Below are positions 1 through 8,526 of a DNA stretch of 36,750 nt, one piece after another. The translations under genes were made by a program, and so were the position numbers. The DNA is from a bacterium (GTDB lineage Bacteria; Sysuimicrobiota; Sysuimicrobiia; Sysuimicrobiales; Humicultoraceae). Every line of letters starts with the position of its first letter. The first letter of the stretch is position 1. The notes below the pieces were generated by a model, which was given only the letters and a program-made list of their open reading frames with translations, was not told the DNA's origin and searched no databases. Location of the stretch: the NCBI GenBank assembly GCA_041497675.1, contig JBGQGY010000022.1, positions 1 through 36,750 on the forward strand, given 5' to 3'.

Positions 1-2
1 TT

Positions 3-1172
3 ACCGGTGACGCGGACGGTGCTCAGCGCGTCGCCTGGACCGAACCCTGGGCCAAGGCCCGTGAATGGCTCAAAGCGAAGATGACCGCGCTTCCCGTCGA
101 GCATGAAGTGGATGAAGCCGGCAACCTGTGGTTCACGCTGAAGGGCAAGCGCAAGCAGGCGCTGCTCATTGGCGGGCACCTGGACAGCGTACCGAACGGC
201 GGTTGGCTGGATGGCTGTCTGAACGTGCTGGCCGGTGTGGAAGTCCTGCGGCGGATCGCCGGCGAAGGCACGCCGCCGTTCACGGTGCGGCTGGTGGATT
301 GGGCCGACGAGGAGGGCGCGCGCTTTGGGCGGAGCCTGTTCGGCTCGAGTTGCGTCTCGGGCGCGATCGAGCCGAAGGACGTGCGTGGACTCATAGATCG
401 CAACGGCATCACACTGCCGGACGCGCTGGCGGCCTACGGCGTCGATGTGAACAAAGCCAAGAAAGCGGGCAGGCAACTCAAGAACGCGGCGGCGTATCTC
501 GAATTGCACATCGAGCAGGGGCCCGTGCTGGAACGTCTCAAGAAGCCGATGGGCGTGGTGCTGGGCACCTTTGGCGTGGAGCGGCATGCGATCCGCTTCA
601 CCGGCCAGACTGCGCACAGCGGCAGCACGCCGATGGCGCACCGGCGGGATGCCTTGGGCGGCGTGAGCAAGCTGCACCTGGCGATCCGCGAGATCGCGGC
701 AAAACACGCCGGTGTCTGCACCGTGGGGAAAGTGACAACGGAGCCCGGCATCGCGACGGCAGTGGTGGGGCAGGCCGACATGTTGCTCGACCAGCGGCAC
801 CTCGACGCGAAGAAGCTGGCCCGGATGTACGCCGACGCGCGCAGGGCTAGTAAGAGGATCGCCAAAGACGAGAAGATCGGCGTGGCCTGGAGCACGTTGT
901 GGTCGATCCAGCCCTTCCCCTTCAACGCGGAGTTGATCATGCTGGGCGATGAGGCGATCCAGGAAGTCTGCGGGGTCTCTCACCGCCTCCCCAGCGGCCC
1001 CTTGCACGACGCCGCTGAGGTCTGCCGCGCTGGGGTGCCGACCGTGATGCTCTTCGTCCAAAGCCTGCGGGGCATCTCGCACAACAAGATCGAGGACACA
1101 AAGGAAGAGCACTTGAAGAAGTCGGTGCTGGCCTTTGACCGGCTGGCGACGAAAGTGATGAGGTGGATCTGA
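3..1172 (+). CDS. M20 family Zn-dependent amidohydrolase (allantoate amidohydrolase/N-carbamoyl-L-amino acid hydrolase-like), 5' partial
   Basis: Frame is open from position 3 (TGDADGAQRVAWTEPWAKAREWLKAKM...). Motifs GGHLDSVPNGGWLDG, DEEGARFG, YLELHIEQGPVL, TAHSGSTPM, SGPLHDA and GISH are typical of the hydantoinase/carbamoylase M20 family. Confidence 0.92.
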   Translation, partial: TGDADGAQRVAWTEPWAKAREWLKAKMTALPVEHEVDEAGNLWFTLKGKRKQALLIGGHLDSVPNGGWLDGCLNVLAGVEVLRRIAGEGTPPFTVRLVDWADEEGARFGRSLFGSSCVSGAIEPKDVRGLIDRNGITLPDALAAYGVDVNKAKKAGRQLKNAAAYLELHIEQGPVLERLKKPMGVVLGTFGVERHAIRFTGQTAHSGSTPMAHRRDALGGVSKLHLAIREIAAKHAGVCTVGKVTTEPGIATAVVGQADMLLDQRHLDAKKLARMYADARRASKRIAKDEKIGVAWSTLWSIQPFPFNAELIMLGDEAIQEVCGVSHRLPSGPLHDAAEVCRAGVPTVMLFVQSLRGISHNKIEDTKEEHLKKSVLAFDRLATKVMRWI

Positions 1173-1174
1173 CG

Positions 1175-2014
1175 TTATCTCCGTTGCGACAATCGCGGGT
1201 CCAGCGCGTCGCGCAACCAATCGCCGACCAGGTTGATCCCAATCACCAGCACCATCAGCGCCAGACCCGGCGTGATCGACGGCCACCAGGCCCCGCTGAA
1301 CAGATACTTGTAGCCACCGTCGATCAGCAGTCCTAGCGACGGCGTGGTGAGCGGCATCCCCAACCCCAAGAACGAGAGCGTGGCCTCGGCGACGATCACC
1401 CGCGGCAGGGCGACCGACATCAAGACGATCACCGGGGTCAGCACGTTGGGGAGGATGTGGCGGGCCATGATCCGGCGGTCGACCGCCCCGAGAGCGCGCG
1501 CCGCTTCGACGAACTCCTTTTCGCGGATCGCCAGCGTGCTGCCGCGCGCGGTGCGGGCGAATTCCGCCCAGCCAATCACGCCGATCACCACGATGAGTTT
1601 GTACAAGCCCCGACCCCAGATCGCTGCGGCGGCGAGCGCGACGAGAAGAAACGGGAGAGAGAGCTGCATGTCCGCCGCGCGCATCAGCGCCGAGTCGACG
1701 CGGCCCCGGTAGAAGCCGGCCACGATGCCGGCGCCGACGCCGATGATGACAGAGATGATGAGCGACAGCACGCCGAAGATGATCGAGATTCGCAGCCCGT
1801 AGAGGATGTTGCTGAACAGGTCGCGGCCGACGGCGTCCGTGCCCAGATGGTACGGACCGGCGAGCCACGTCGGCGCCATCAGCCGCCGGCTGAGGTCCTG
1901 CGCCTGCGGGTCCCAGGGTGCGATCCACGGCGCGAACAGGGCCATCGCGGCCAGCGCGAGCAGCAGCACGGCGCCGGCGCTGGCCGTCGGGCTCGCGCGA
2001 AGACTCCGCGCCAC
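1175..2014 (-). CDS. Peptide/nickel ABC transporter permease (DppC/OppC-like)
   Basis: LGTDAVGRDLFS, EAA loop (FVEAARALGA...RHILPN), EATLSFLGLG, C-terminal GDWLRDALDP; multiple TM helices. Confidence 0.95.
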   Translation of the reverse strand: MARSLRASPTASAGAVLLLALAAMALFAPWIAPWDPQAQDLSRRLMAPTWLAGPYHLGTDAVGRDLFSNILYGLRISIIFGVLSLIISVIIGVGAGIVAGFYRGRVDSALMRAADMQLSLPFLLVALAAAAIWGRGLYKLIVVIGVIGWAEFARTARGSTLAIREKEFVEAARALGAVDRRIMARHILPNVLTPVIVLMSVALPRVIVAEATLSFLGLGMPLTTPSLGLLIDGGYKYLFSGAWWPSITPGLALMVLVIGINLVGDWLRDALDPRLSQRR

Positions 2015-2019
2015 GTCGT

Positions 2020-2937
2020 CTACTCGTACCGGATGCGGGGATCGATCAGCGCGTAGAGCACGTCGACCGTCAGGTTGATGACGACGAAGAGCGCGGCGGT
2101 GACGATCGCATACGCGACCACGATCGGATAATCCAACCGCTCAATCGAGATCAGCAGCAACCGTCCCATCCCCGGCCACGCAAAGATCTTCTCGGTCACG
2201 ACGGCGAAGGCGATCAACCCTCCCATTTGGATCCCCGCGATGGTCGTGAACGGGATCAACGTGTTCTTCAACGCGTGGCGGTAAATGATCACACGCTCGT
2301 ACAACCCTTTCGCGCGCGCCGTACGGATGAAGTCCTGGCTCAGCACGTCCAACATGCCGGCCCGGATGAGCCGGACGAACAGGGCGAGGCGGTAGAAGGC
2401 CAGCGTCGCCACGGGGAGCACAAGATGCTGCCACCCGCCGCGCCCCGACGACGGCAACAGGTGCAGCGTCACCACGAACAGCGCGATCAGCACGATGCCG
2501 ATCCAAAACGTTGGCGCGGAGATACCCACCAAAGAGCCAAGGAGAACGCCGCGGTCGTACCACGAGTTGGGCCGCGCGGCCGCCAGCACCCCAAGCGGGA
2601 TCGCGATTGCGGTGGAGATCAGCATCGTCCAGATGACGAGTTCGAGCGACGCGGGCAGCCGCTCCAGTACCAGCCGGATCGCCGGCTCATGAAAATAGAA
2701 CGACGTGCCGAGGTCGCCGCGTATCGCGCCGCGGAGAAACTTGACGTATTGGACGTACCAGGGCTGGTTCAACCCCAGCCGTTCGCGCATGGCCTCGACC
2801 TGATCGATGCCGGCCGCGGGCGGCAGCAATAGCTCGATCGGGTCGCCGGTGAAGACCAAGAGCATGAAGATGACCATCGAGATGACCAGGAAGACCCCGA
2901 TCATCTGCACGAGCCGGCTAACGAGAAAACGCGTCAT
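2020..2937 (-). CDS. Peptide/nickel ABC transporter permease (DppB/OppB-like)
   Basis: GDP...LGLNQP..VQY, GDLGTS, DFIRTARAKGL, HALKN, TEKIFAWPGMG, DPRIR. Confidence 0.95.
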   Translation of the reverse strand: MTRFLVSRLVQMIGVFLVISMVIFMLLVFTGDPIELLLPPAAGIDQVEAMRERLGLNQPWYVQYVKFLRGAIRGDLGTSFYFHEPAIRLVLERLPASLELVIWTMLISTAIAIPLGVLAAARPNSWYDRGVLLGSLVGISAPTFWIGIVLIALFVVTLHLLPSSGRGGWQHLVLPVATLAFYRLALFVRLIRAGMLDVLSQDFIRTARAKGLYERVIIYRHALKNTLIPFTTIAGIQMGGLIAFAVVTEKIFAWPGMGRLLLISIERLDYPIVVAYAIVTAALFVVINLTVDVLYALIDPRIRYE

Positions 2938-2949
2938 GCGACGAAGAGA

Positions 2950-2974
2950 GGGGCGGGGGCTCGAAGACCGCCCC
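2950..2974 (-). other. GC-rich stem-loop between SBP and permease genes (possible mRNA-stabilising/attenuating hairpin)
   Basis: ggggcgg (2950-2956) pairs with ccgcccc (2968-2974), just downstream of the SBP stop; no U-tract. Confidence 0.4.
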
Positions 2975-2988
2975 CACCACCTGTGAGC

Positions 2989-4572
2989 CTATTTGAAGAC
3001 GATCTCCTGCGCGAGTATGTACTCGTCGACCCGCACCGGTATCGAGATGCCATCCTTGACCCCGCGGATCAACTCTTCGAAGTAGAGGGGGATCTTGCCG
3101 ACGTCCTGCCGCGTGAACTCTGCCGCCCTGGCAAAGGCCTCCATCCGCTTCTTCTCGTCCATCTCGGTGCGCATGACGTCAATGATCCTGTCCAGGTCGG
3201 GGTTGCAGTACCGGCCGTAGTTGGCTCGCCCGTAGCCCGTCTTTGGATCGACACAGCCCATGAGTGCGGCCCAGTTGGTGCTGGACACCAGCGTCAGCCA
3301 GCCGCTCATCTGCATCGACGTATCGAAGGCGCGCATCCTGGGGAAGTAGATCGCCCGCGGCAAAGCGTTCAACTGTACGGTGATACCGACCCGGCTCAGC
3401 ATACCGACCAGCGCCAGACCGACCTCGCGGTCGTTGACGTAGCGATCGGTGGTCACGTCGAGACGCACCGTGAACCCGTTCGGATACCCGGCCTCGGCCA
3501 GCAGGCGCTTCGCCCGCGACGGATCGTAGATAGGCCGGCGGACCCGCGGCGTGTAGCCGAGCATGAACGGCGGCAGGATTTGCTCGGCCGGCGACGCGGC
3601 GCCACCCATCACCTGCTCGACGATCTCCTTTGTGTTCAGGGCCGCATAAATGGCCTGCCGGACGCGCACGTCTTTGAAGGGATTGGGCTGGCCCGCGGCC
3701 ACGCCGGGGCTGGCCTGTGGATGGGCGCCGCCGCGATCGCGAAACGTGTCCATCGCCAAGAAGATCAGACGCGGGCCCTGTTTGCGCACCACCTTAAACC
3801 CTCTGGTCTTCGCGACGCGCGGGACATCGGGGATCGGCACGCTCTCGATGACGTCGGCTTCGCCGGCGAGCAACGCCGCGACGCGCGTCGCCCCCTCAGG
3901 GATCGGCCGGATCGTCACACGCGTGACCTGCGGTTTCGGTCCCCAATACTGCGGGTTCGCTTCAAGCACGATGCGCTCATCGCGGACCCACTCGACAAAT
4001 CGGTAGGGGCCGGTGCCGATCGGACGGCGGTTCAACCCTTCGTCACCCGCCTCGCGCGCATAGCGCGGCGAGAGCATCTGGATCGCGCCGATATTGGCGA
4101 CCAAGTCGGGTGAGGGCTCGGTCAGCGTGATGCGGAGCGTGAGGTCGTCGACGGCGCGGACGTCCTTGATGAGGCTCACGTACGCCTTTTGCAGCGACCG
4201 TTCGTGGTCGCGTGACCGCTCGATGCTGAACTTCGCGGCGGCTGCGTTGAAGGGGTCACCGTTGTGAAAACGCACGTTGGGACGCAGCTTGAATTCCCAG
4301 TTGAGAGTGTCGAGTGCGCGCCACGAGGTTGCCAACACGGGAACCAGCTTACCGTCCGCGTCATTGTCCACCATCGGCTCGAGCATGTGCCGCTGGACGC
4401 TGCCGGTGGTGCTGATCGCCGCGAGGATCGGATCCATCGTCTCCGCATCCCCCGTGATCGCGATGACGATGGGGCGGCCTTGAGCGAAGTTCTTGGGGGT
4501 CAGGCTGGCGGCCAACACCAGCGCGAGTCCGGCGATGAGCAGGGTCCGTGCCGTCCACGGCTTCATCTCCAT
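2989..4572 (-). CDS. ABC transporter substrate-binding protein, family 5 (DppA/OppA-like)
   Basis: N-terminal signal-like segment; PVLATSW, FKLRPNVRFHNG, PIGTGPYRF, NPFKDVRVRQA, LLAEAGYPNGF; SD gaggaggg just upstream. Confidence 0.95.
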   Translation of the reverse strand: MEMKPWTARTLLIAGLALVLAASLTPKNFAQGRPIVIAITGDAETMDPILAAISTTGSVQRHMLEPMVDNDADGKLVPVLATSWRALDTLNWEFKLRPNVRFHNGDPFNAAAAKFSIERSRDHERSLQKAYVSLIKDVRAVDDLTLRITLTEPSPDLVANIGAIQMLSPRYAREAGDEGLNRRPIGTGPYRFVEWVRDERIVLEANPQYWGPKPQVTRVTIRPIPEGATRVAALLAGEADVIESVPIPDVPRVAKTRGFKVVRKQGPRLIFLAMDTFRDRGGAHPQASPGVAAGQPNPFKDVRVRQAIYAALNTKEIVEQVMGGAASPAEQILPPFMLGYTPRVRRPIYDPSRAKRLLAEAGYPNGFTVRLDVTTDRYVNDREVGLALVGMLSRVGITVQLNALPRAIYFPRMRAFDTSMQMSGWLTLVSSTNWAALMGCVDPKTGYGRANYGRYCNPDLDRIIDVMRTEMDEKKRMEAFARAAEFTRQDVGKIPLYFEELIRGVKDGISIPVRVDEYILAQEIVFK

Positions 4573-4815
4573 CCCTCCTCATGAATCTTCTCGTGCGCGA
4601 TATTGCGCGAGCGCGCAACCTGTTCCCCGAGGGGCGTTACCATGAGCATACCTCCTCGACCGGTGACCTGGCCATCCGCGAGAACGGGTCGTCCCCGCGC
4701 GAACGACCAGACCGCGCGGCCGGCGTTGACATCAACCACCGTGACACTTCGGCGGCGGGATCACCGTTGATCTCACGCCCTCACCGCCGATTGGCCGGGC
4801 GGCGGACTTGCCCTT

Positions 4816-4824
4816 TGCTATAAT
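4816..4824 (+). promoter_or_regulatory. Extended -10 sigma70 promoter of tRNA-Ser
   Basis: TGcTATAAT (TG at 4816-4817, TATAAT at 4819-4824) followed by a GC-rich discriminator gggcgcc, 7 nt before the mature tRNA 5' end. Confidence 0.75.
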
Positions 4825-4831
4825 GGGCGCC

Positions 4832-4922
4832 GGAGAGGTGGCTGAGCTCGGTTTAAGGCGGCGGACTTGAAATCCGTTAGGGCCGCAAGCCCTCGTGGGT
4901 TCGAATCCCACCCTCTCCGCCA
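4832..4922 (+). tRNA. tRNA-Ser (anticodon TGA)
   Basis: Acceptor stem GGAGAGG/CCTCTCC, anticodon arm GCGGA-CT TGA AA-TCCGT, long variable arm AGGGC-CGCAA-GCCCT, T-arm GTGGG-TTCGAAT-CCCAC, discriminator G and encoded CCA. Confidence 0.96.
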
Positions 4923-5007
4923 CGCGTTGATGCGGCGCACGGCCTAGGCACAATTGACCCGCGCCCTACGTCTTGACTCCCCCTGGCTGGGGTACGCAAT
5001 AGAAGGA

Positions 5008-6045
5008 ATGTCCACGTCCATTGAGGTCGGAACCGGCATCACCTGTCCGCGTTGCGCCACTGAGAACCCGGCCAACGCCAAGTTCTGCCAGCGTTGCTGG
5101 GCCTTTCTGCGCGGGCGGCACTGCCCTCATTGTGGCAAGCAAGCGACCCGGGCGGGCGCGAGATACTGTGAGCACTGTAACCGGGATCTCGAGGCCGAGC
5201 CAACGACACCGCTGCCGCGCGTCGACGACGATCCCGCCGAGCCGCAGGTGCGGTCTGTCCCGTGGCTCCAGCCACTTGACCCAGTCGACGAGCCCAGCTC
5301 GTTGGACGAACCTCCTATGGCCCACGCGGGCGCCGTCATGACCGGGCCCGTGCCTGAGCTCGCGCCTGTTGTGGAAGCGGCGCCGGACGATCAGCTTGTG
5401 CCGATCCCCATCGAATTGCCAGAAGCGCCCGTAAACCGTCCTGTCGTCCAGCTGTCGCCCCAGCCGGCCGCGCCGGCACCTGCGGCCCCACAACAGCGGC
5501 AAGAGCCGAAGCGCTCCAAGAAGACCCCGCAACCGCAGCGGCGTTCGGGGTCGCCCACGGTGACGGTCGCAGTCGTCCTGATCGTGGTTGCCGTGATCGG
5601 AGCGATGTTGGCCCTGCGCAAGCAGCGCGGGGAAATCGCCAGCCAGGCCGCGGCGTCGCCGACCCAGCGTGCGGCCGCGAGTCCCGCACAGCCCGCCGCC
5701 GCGCCCTCATCGCTGCCGGCATCGCCGGCGGGCGCGCCGACTCAGACCGCGCCTGTGGGGGGTACGGTGAAGATTACGACCACGCCCGCAGGGGCGCAGG
5801 TAGAGCTCGACTGGGTACACGTGGGCGTGACGACCACGTCGCTCACGCTGGCCGACGTCAGGCCCGGCAGGCATACGATCAAGGTCAGCAAGACCGGCTT
5901 CCAATCACAGACCCGCGACGTCCAGATCACTCCGGGAGAAATGATCGTTCTCGAACTCACGCTGCCCGGATCACCGTCGCCGTCCGGTTCACGCCGGCGG
6001 CCCGCGGTTCCACCACCGCCACCGCCACTCCCGCCCCCGCCATAA
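5008..6045 (+). CDS. Double zinc-ribbon / single TM / PEGA-domain membrane protein with Pro-rich linkers
   Basis: Four CxxC pairs (CPRC, CQRC, CPHC, CEHC), Pro-rich linker, hydrophobic helix VTVAVVLIVVAVIGAMLAL, PEGA-like GTVKITTTPAGAQVELD...PGRHTIKVSKTGF, poly-Pro tail. ATG at 5008 preferred over TTG at 4954. Confidence 0.8.
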   Translation: MSTSIEVGTGITCPRCATENPANAKFCQRCWAFLRGRHCPHCGKQATRAGARYCEHCNRDLEAEPTTPLPRVDDDPAEPQVRSVPWLQPLDPVDEPSSLDEPPMAHAGAVMTGPVPELAPVVEAAPDDQLVPIPIELPEAPVNRPVVQLSPQPAAPAPAAPQQRQEPKRSKKTPQPQRRSGSPTVTVAVVLIVVAVIGAMLALRKQRGEIASQAAASPTQRAAASPAQPAAAPSSLPASPAGAPTQTAPVGGTVKITTTPAGAQVELDWVHVGVTTTSLTLADVRPGRHTIKVSKTGFQSQTRDVQITPGEMIVLELTLPGSPSPSGSRRRPAVPPPPPPLPPPP

Positions 6046-6140
6046 CGGACCACGCCTAGCACGGGGCGGCGCTGGGCATCCGGTAAGGTGCGGGACCTGC
6101 AATGTCGGCGGGTCGCTCACACGGGAGGTGACACCACACG

Positions 6141-7169
6141 ATGCTGCGCGTTGCGCAGCGGGCCCATGCCCTTTGGGTGCTGCTCGCCCTCGGAATCATC
6201 TTCATCAACTCTTGGACTCCAACCGCGCCGGTTCACGCCGGACCGTCGGCCCAGGCCTATGTGGAGCAGGCCATCGCCTTTTACAATAAGGGCGAGTGTG
6301 TCAAGGCGATCGATCTGCTGAAGAAGGCCGTGGCGATTGACGCGCGGTATGTGCGTGCATACACGTGGCTTGGATTCTGTTACGCGAGGCTCGGGAAAAA
6401 GCAGGAGGCCATCGAGGCGCTCAACCGGGTGGTCACGCTCGCGCCGAAGAGCGACGATGCCCGGGTGGCCAAGCAATGGATTGCAAGACTGCAGGCGCCG
6501 GCCCCAAGATCCGCCGCAGCCCCCCGCCCGAACCCACAGCCGGCCGCGCAATCCGCGCCGATCGGTCTGGTCTACGCCGTCTCGATGCCGGCGGCCGCCG
6601 GCGTGACGGAGGACAACATGGTCCGGCAGGTGCAGCTGTTTGGCGAGACCTACAAGAAGTCCCTCGTCGACCGCCGCAACTGGTGGCAGGGCCGGCGGCC
6701 CAACGAACGCGAGTGGCGGGTTGTCTACAATCTCCAGCGGCGATTCGTGCGATTCAAGACGCTCGTCGGCGTGGAGGATGGCTCGCCGCCTGAGTTCATG
6801 GCGATGTTTGCGGTGCGGGGCGATGGCACGACGTTGTTCGAAAGCAGACTCAAGCGGGCCGGCGACGTACCCGACACGATCGATCTCGACGTGACGGGCG
6901 TGCTGCAGCTCGAACTGATCGTGCGGGGACGCGACCCGCTCTACACGAGGGACCTGACCGTGGTGTGGGCAGATCCCTCGATGGACACACGAACGGTTCT
7001 GACACAGCCCGCGCCGGCAACCCCTGCGGCACCGGCCCCGACACCCACGGTCACGCCGACTCCTGGAGCCTGGCGTGCCCCAGCCCCGGGACGACGAACC
7101 TACGCGGACGTCATGTACTTCTTCGCCCAGTCGCTGACGATGGGAATGGTGACTTCCTTCCCGTTGTAG
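6141..7169 (+). CDS. Secreted TPR + NPCBM/NEW2-like carbohydrate-binding domain protein
   Basis: SD ggaggtg; signal peptide; TPR repeats (AIDLLKKAVAIDARYVRAYTWLGFCY..., AIEALNRVVTLAP); NPCBM-like YNLQRRFVRFKTLVGVEDG...GDGTTLFES...IDLDVTGVLQLELIV...VWADP. Confidence 0.75.
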   Translation: MLRVAQRAHALWVLLALGIIFINSWTPTAPVHAGPSAQAYVEQAIAFYNKGECVKAIDLLKKAVAIDARYVRAYTWLGFCYARLGKKQEAIEALNRVVTLAPKSDDARVAKQWIARLQAPAPRSAAAPRPNPQPAAQSAPIGLVYAVSMPAAAGVTEDNMVRQVQLFGETYKKSLVDRRNWWQGRRPNEREWRVVYNLQRRFVRFKTLVGVEDGSPPEFMAMFAVRGDGTTLFESRLKRAGDVPDTIDLDVTGVLQLELIVRGRDPLYTRDLTVVWADPSMDTRTVLTQPAPATPAAPAPTPTVTPTPGAWRAPAPGRRTYADVMYFFAQSLTMGMVTSFPL

Positions 7170-7435
7170 GCCTGAACGGCAAAGTAGATTGAGAGGACCA
7201 GCCACACTAGGCGAAGCGGCAAGGTCAGCGCCCACAGGAATGGGACGATAGCAAGCGCCACGTAGATGATCAGCCAGCCGATCCCCCAAAAGAGCGCGGT
7301 CCACCCGTGATGCCGCATGAACGCGTCTTTTTTCATGTCGGTGAAAATGATGACGAGGGCGATGATCCAGATCGGGTATGAGAGCGCGGCGAGCAGCCGG
7401 TTCGTTTGGTCGGTCGGTGCCGGTTGGATGCTCAT
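7100..7435 (-). CDS. DUF4870/Tic20-like small membrane protein
   Basis: NRLLAALSY...KKDAFMRHH..AL...AVQAYNGKEVTIPIVSDWA pattern, three TM segments; strong SD aggaggagg before ATG at 7435. Confidence 0.8.
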   Translation of the reverse strand: MSIQPAPTDQTNRLLAALSYPIWIIALVIIFTDMKKDAFMRHHGWTALFWGIGWLIIYVALAIVPFLWALTLPLRLVWLVLSIYFAVQAYNGKEVTIPIVSDWAKKYMTSA

Positions 7436-7539
7436 AATCCCTCCTCCTGATCTCCGTGTCGTGTCCCTTACGGTTTCGAACCCGTGTCGCAACTTCCCTC
7501 CATTCAACGTCACTCTATCCCGCCATGCTTGGCCCCTCG

Positions 7540-7545
7540 TATAAT
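7540..7545 (+). promoter_or_regulatory. -10 box for a probably leaderless transcript of the long operon
   Basis: Perfect TATAAT 9 nt upstream of ATG 7555; no SD between them. Confidence 0.6.
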
Positions 7546-7554
7546 CAAAACGTT

Positions 7555-8526
7555 ATGAGCGTCCTGCTGGCCGAAGACCTTATGACCGACATTCGCCAGG
7601 TCACCGGCAGCGCGCCGGTCGCTGTCGCATTCAGTGGCGGGCTCGATTCGTCGACTGTGGCGGCGCTCGCACGCGAGGCGTTGGGCGCGCCGAACGTCCT
7701 GTTGGTCACCGTCAACATGGGTGACTACGCGTACCGACGCGGCAACCAAATCGTGCTGGAGATGGCCGAACAGCTGGGTCTGCAGCAGCGGTGTCTGTTG
7801 GGTCAGAAGATGCAGCATGAGGTGCAACGTGGGGGCCCGGCCTGCAACCGGTGCACGCGCGAGATCAAACTCGGCCTGGTCAAAGCGGCCGCGCGCGGCC
7901 GCCTGGTGCTCACCGGGTCGAACCGCAGCGACACCTGGGGTCAGATGGGCGTGAAGGTCAACAATGGCTTCTACGCCCCGCTGTTGGATCTGGACAAACC
8001 GGACATCCGCGCGCTCGCCGATCACCTGGGCCTGGTGATCCCGCGGATCGGCGAGCACTCCGGTCGCGAGGGCTGCAAGCTCAAGCACCTGCTCAAGCCG
8101 TTGATCAATCCCGACTACCACGGCCGGGCGGTGGCCGACGCCAACGAAGTGCTGCTGAGCCTTCTCGCCGACGCGCGATTTGCCGCGACACTGGCCAACG
8201 TGAAGATCGCCGGGCCGATGAAACGCAACATCGCCCTGGTCAACGTGCGCCCCGATCCCCCCGAAGGCCTGAAGACGCGGATCGGCGACTCACTGGCCGC
8301 TTTGCCGTCTATTGATGAGGTGCGGTTCATCGAAGGGCCGACGCGGCTGGTGGTCAGGGCGGGGCCCGCGCTGGCCGGCGATGAGCGGGCGCGGTTCTGG
8401 GTCCACCACGGTCGCCTGGCGCCGGATTTTGCGTATCCTGTTAATGTTCAGTGGTTGCCAGGTCGCGATGGACGGTTGCACACTTTTCATGTGATTGACG
8501 CCGTTCCAGAGCCGGTGAGCCTATGA
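7555..8526 (+). CDS. PP-loop (adenine nucleotide alpha-hydrolase) ATPase, LarE/ExsB-like, with CxxC...C motif
   Basis: VAVAFSGGLDSS PP-loop; PACNRCTREIK; LTGSNRSD; YAPLLDLDKPDIR; third Cys in REGCK. Confidence 0.8.
   Translation: MSVLLAEDLMTDIRQVTGSAPVAVAFSGGLDSSTVAALAREALGAPNVLLVTVNMGDYAYRRGNQIVLEMAEQLGLQQRCLLGQKMQHEVQRGGPACNRCTREIKLGLVKAAARGRLVLTGSNRSDTWGQMGVKVNNGFYAPLLDLDKPDIRALADHLGLVIPRIGEHSGREGCKLKHLLKPLINPDYHGRAVADANEVLLSLLADARFAATLANVKIAGPMKRNIALVNVRPDPPEGLKTRIGDSLAALPSIDEVRFIEGPTRLVVRAGPALAGDERARFWVHHGRLAPDFAYPVNVQWLPGRDGRLHTFHVIDAVPEPVSL

Noticed and set aside
4832..4922. Selenocysteine or suppressor tRNA
   Set aside because: The anticodon is TGA (reads UCA, Ser), not TCA; it has a normal 7-bp acceptor stem.
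6005..6042. (ccr)n-like tandem repeat
   Set aside because: Simply encodes the poly-proline tail with mixed codons; not a contingency repeat.
4832..7435. Genomic island integrated at the tRNA-Ser 3' end
   Set aside because: No integrase, no repeat of the tRNA 3' end seen by eye in the window, and no obvious compositional shift.
7555..8526. queC assignment suggested by queG in the same run
   Set aside because: Lacks QueC hallmarks (YGQRH, VPxRN, C-terminal CxxCxxC Zn motif); the layout is more LarE-like.
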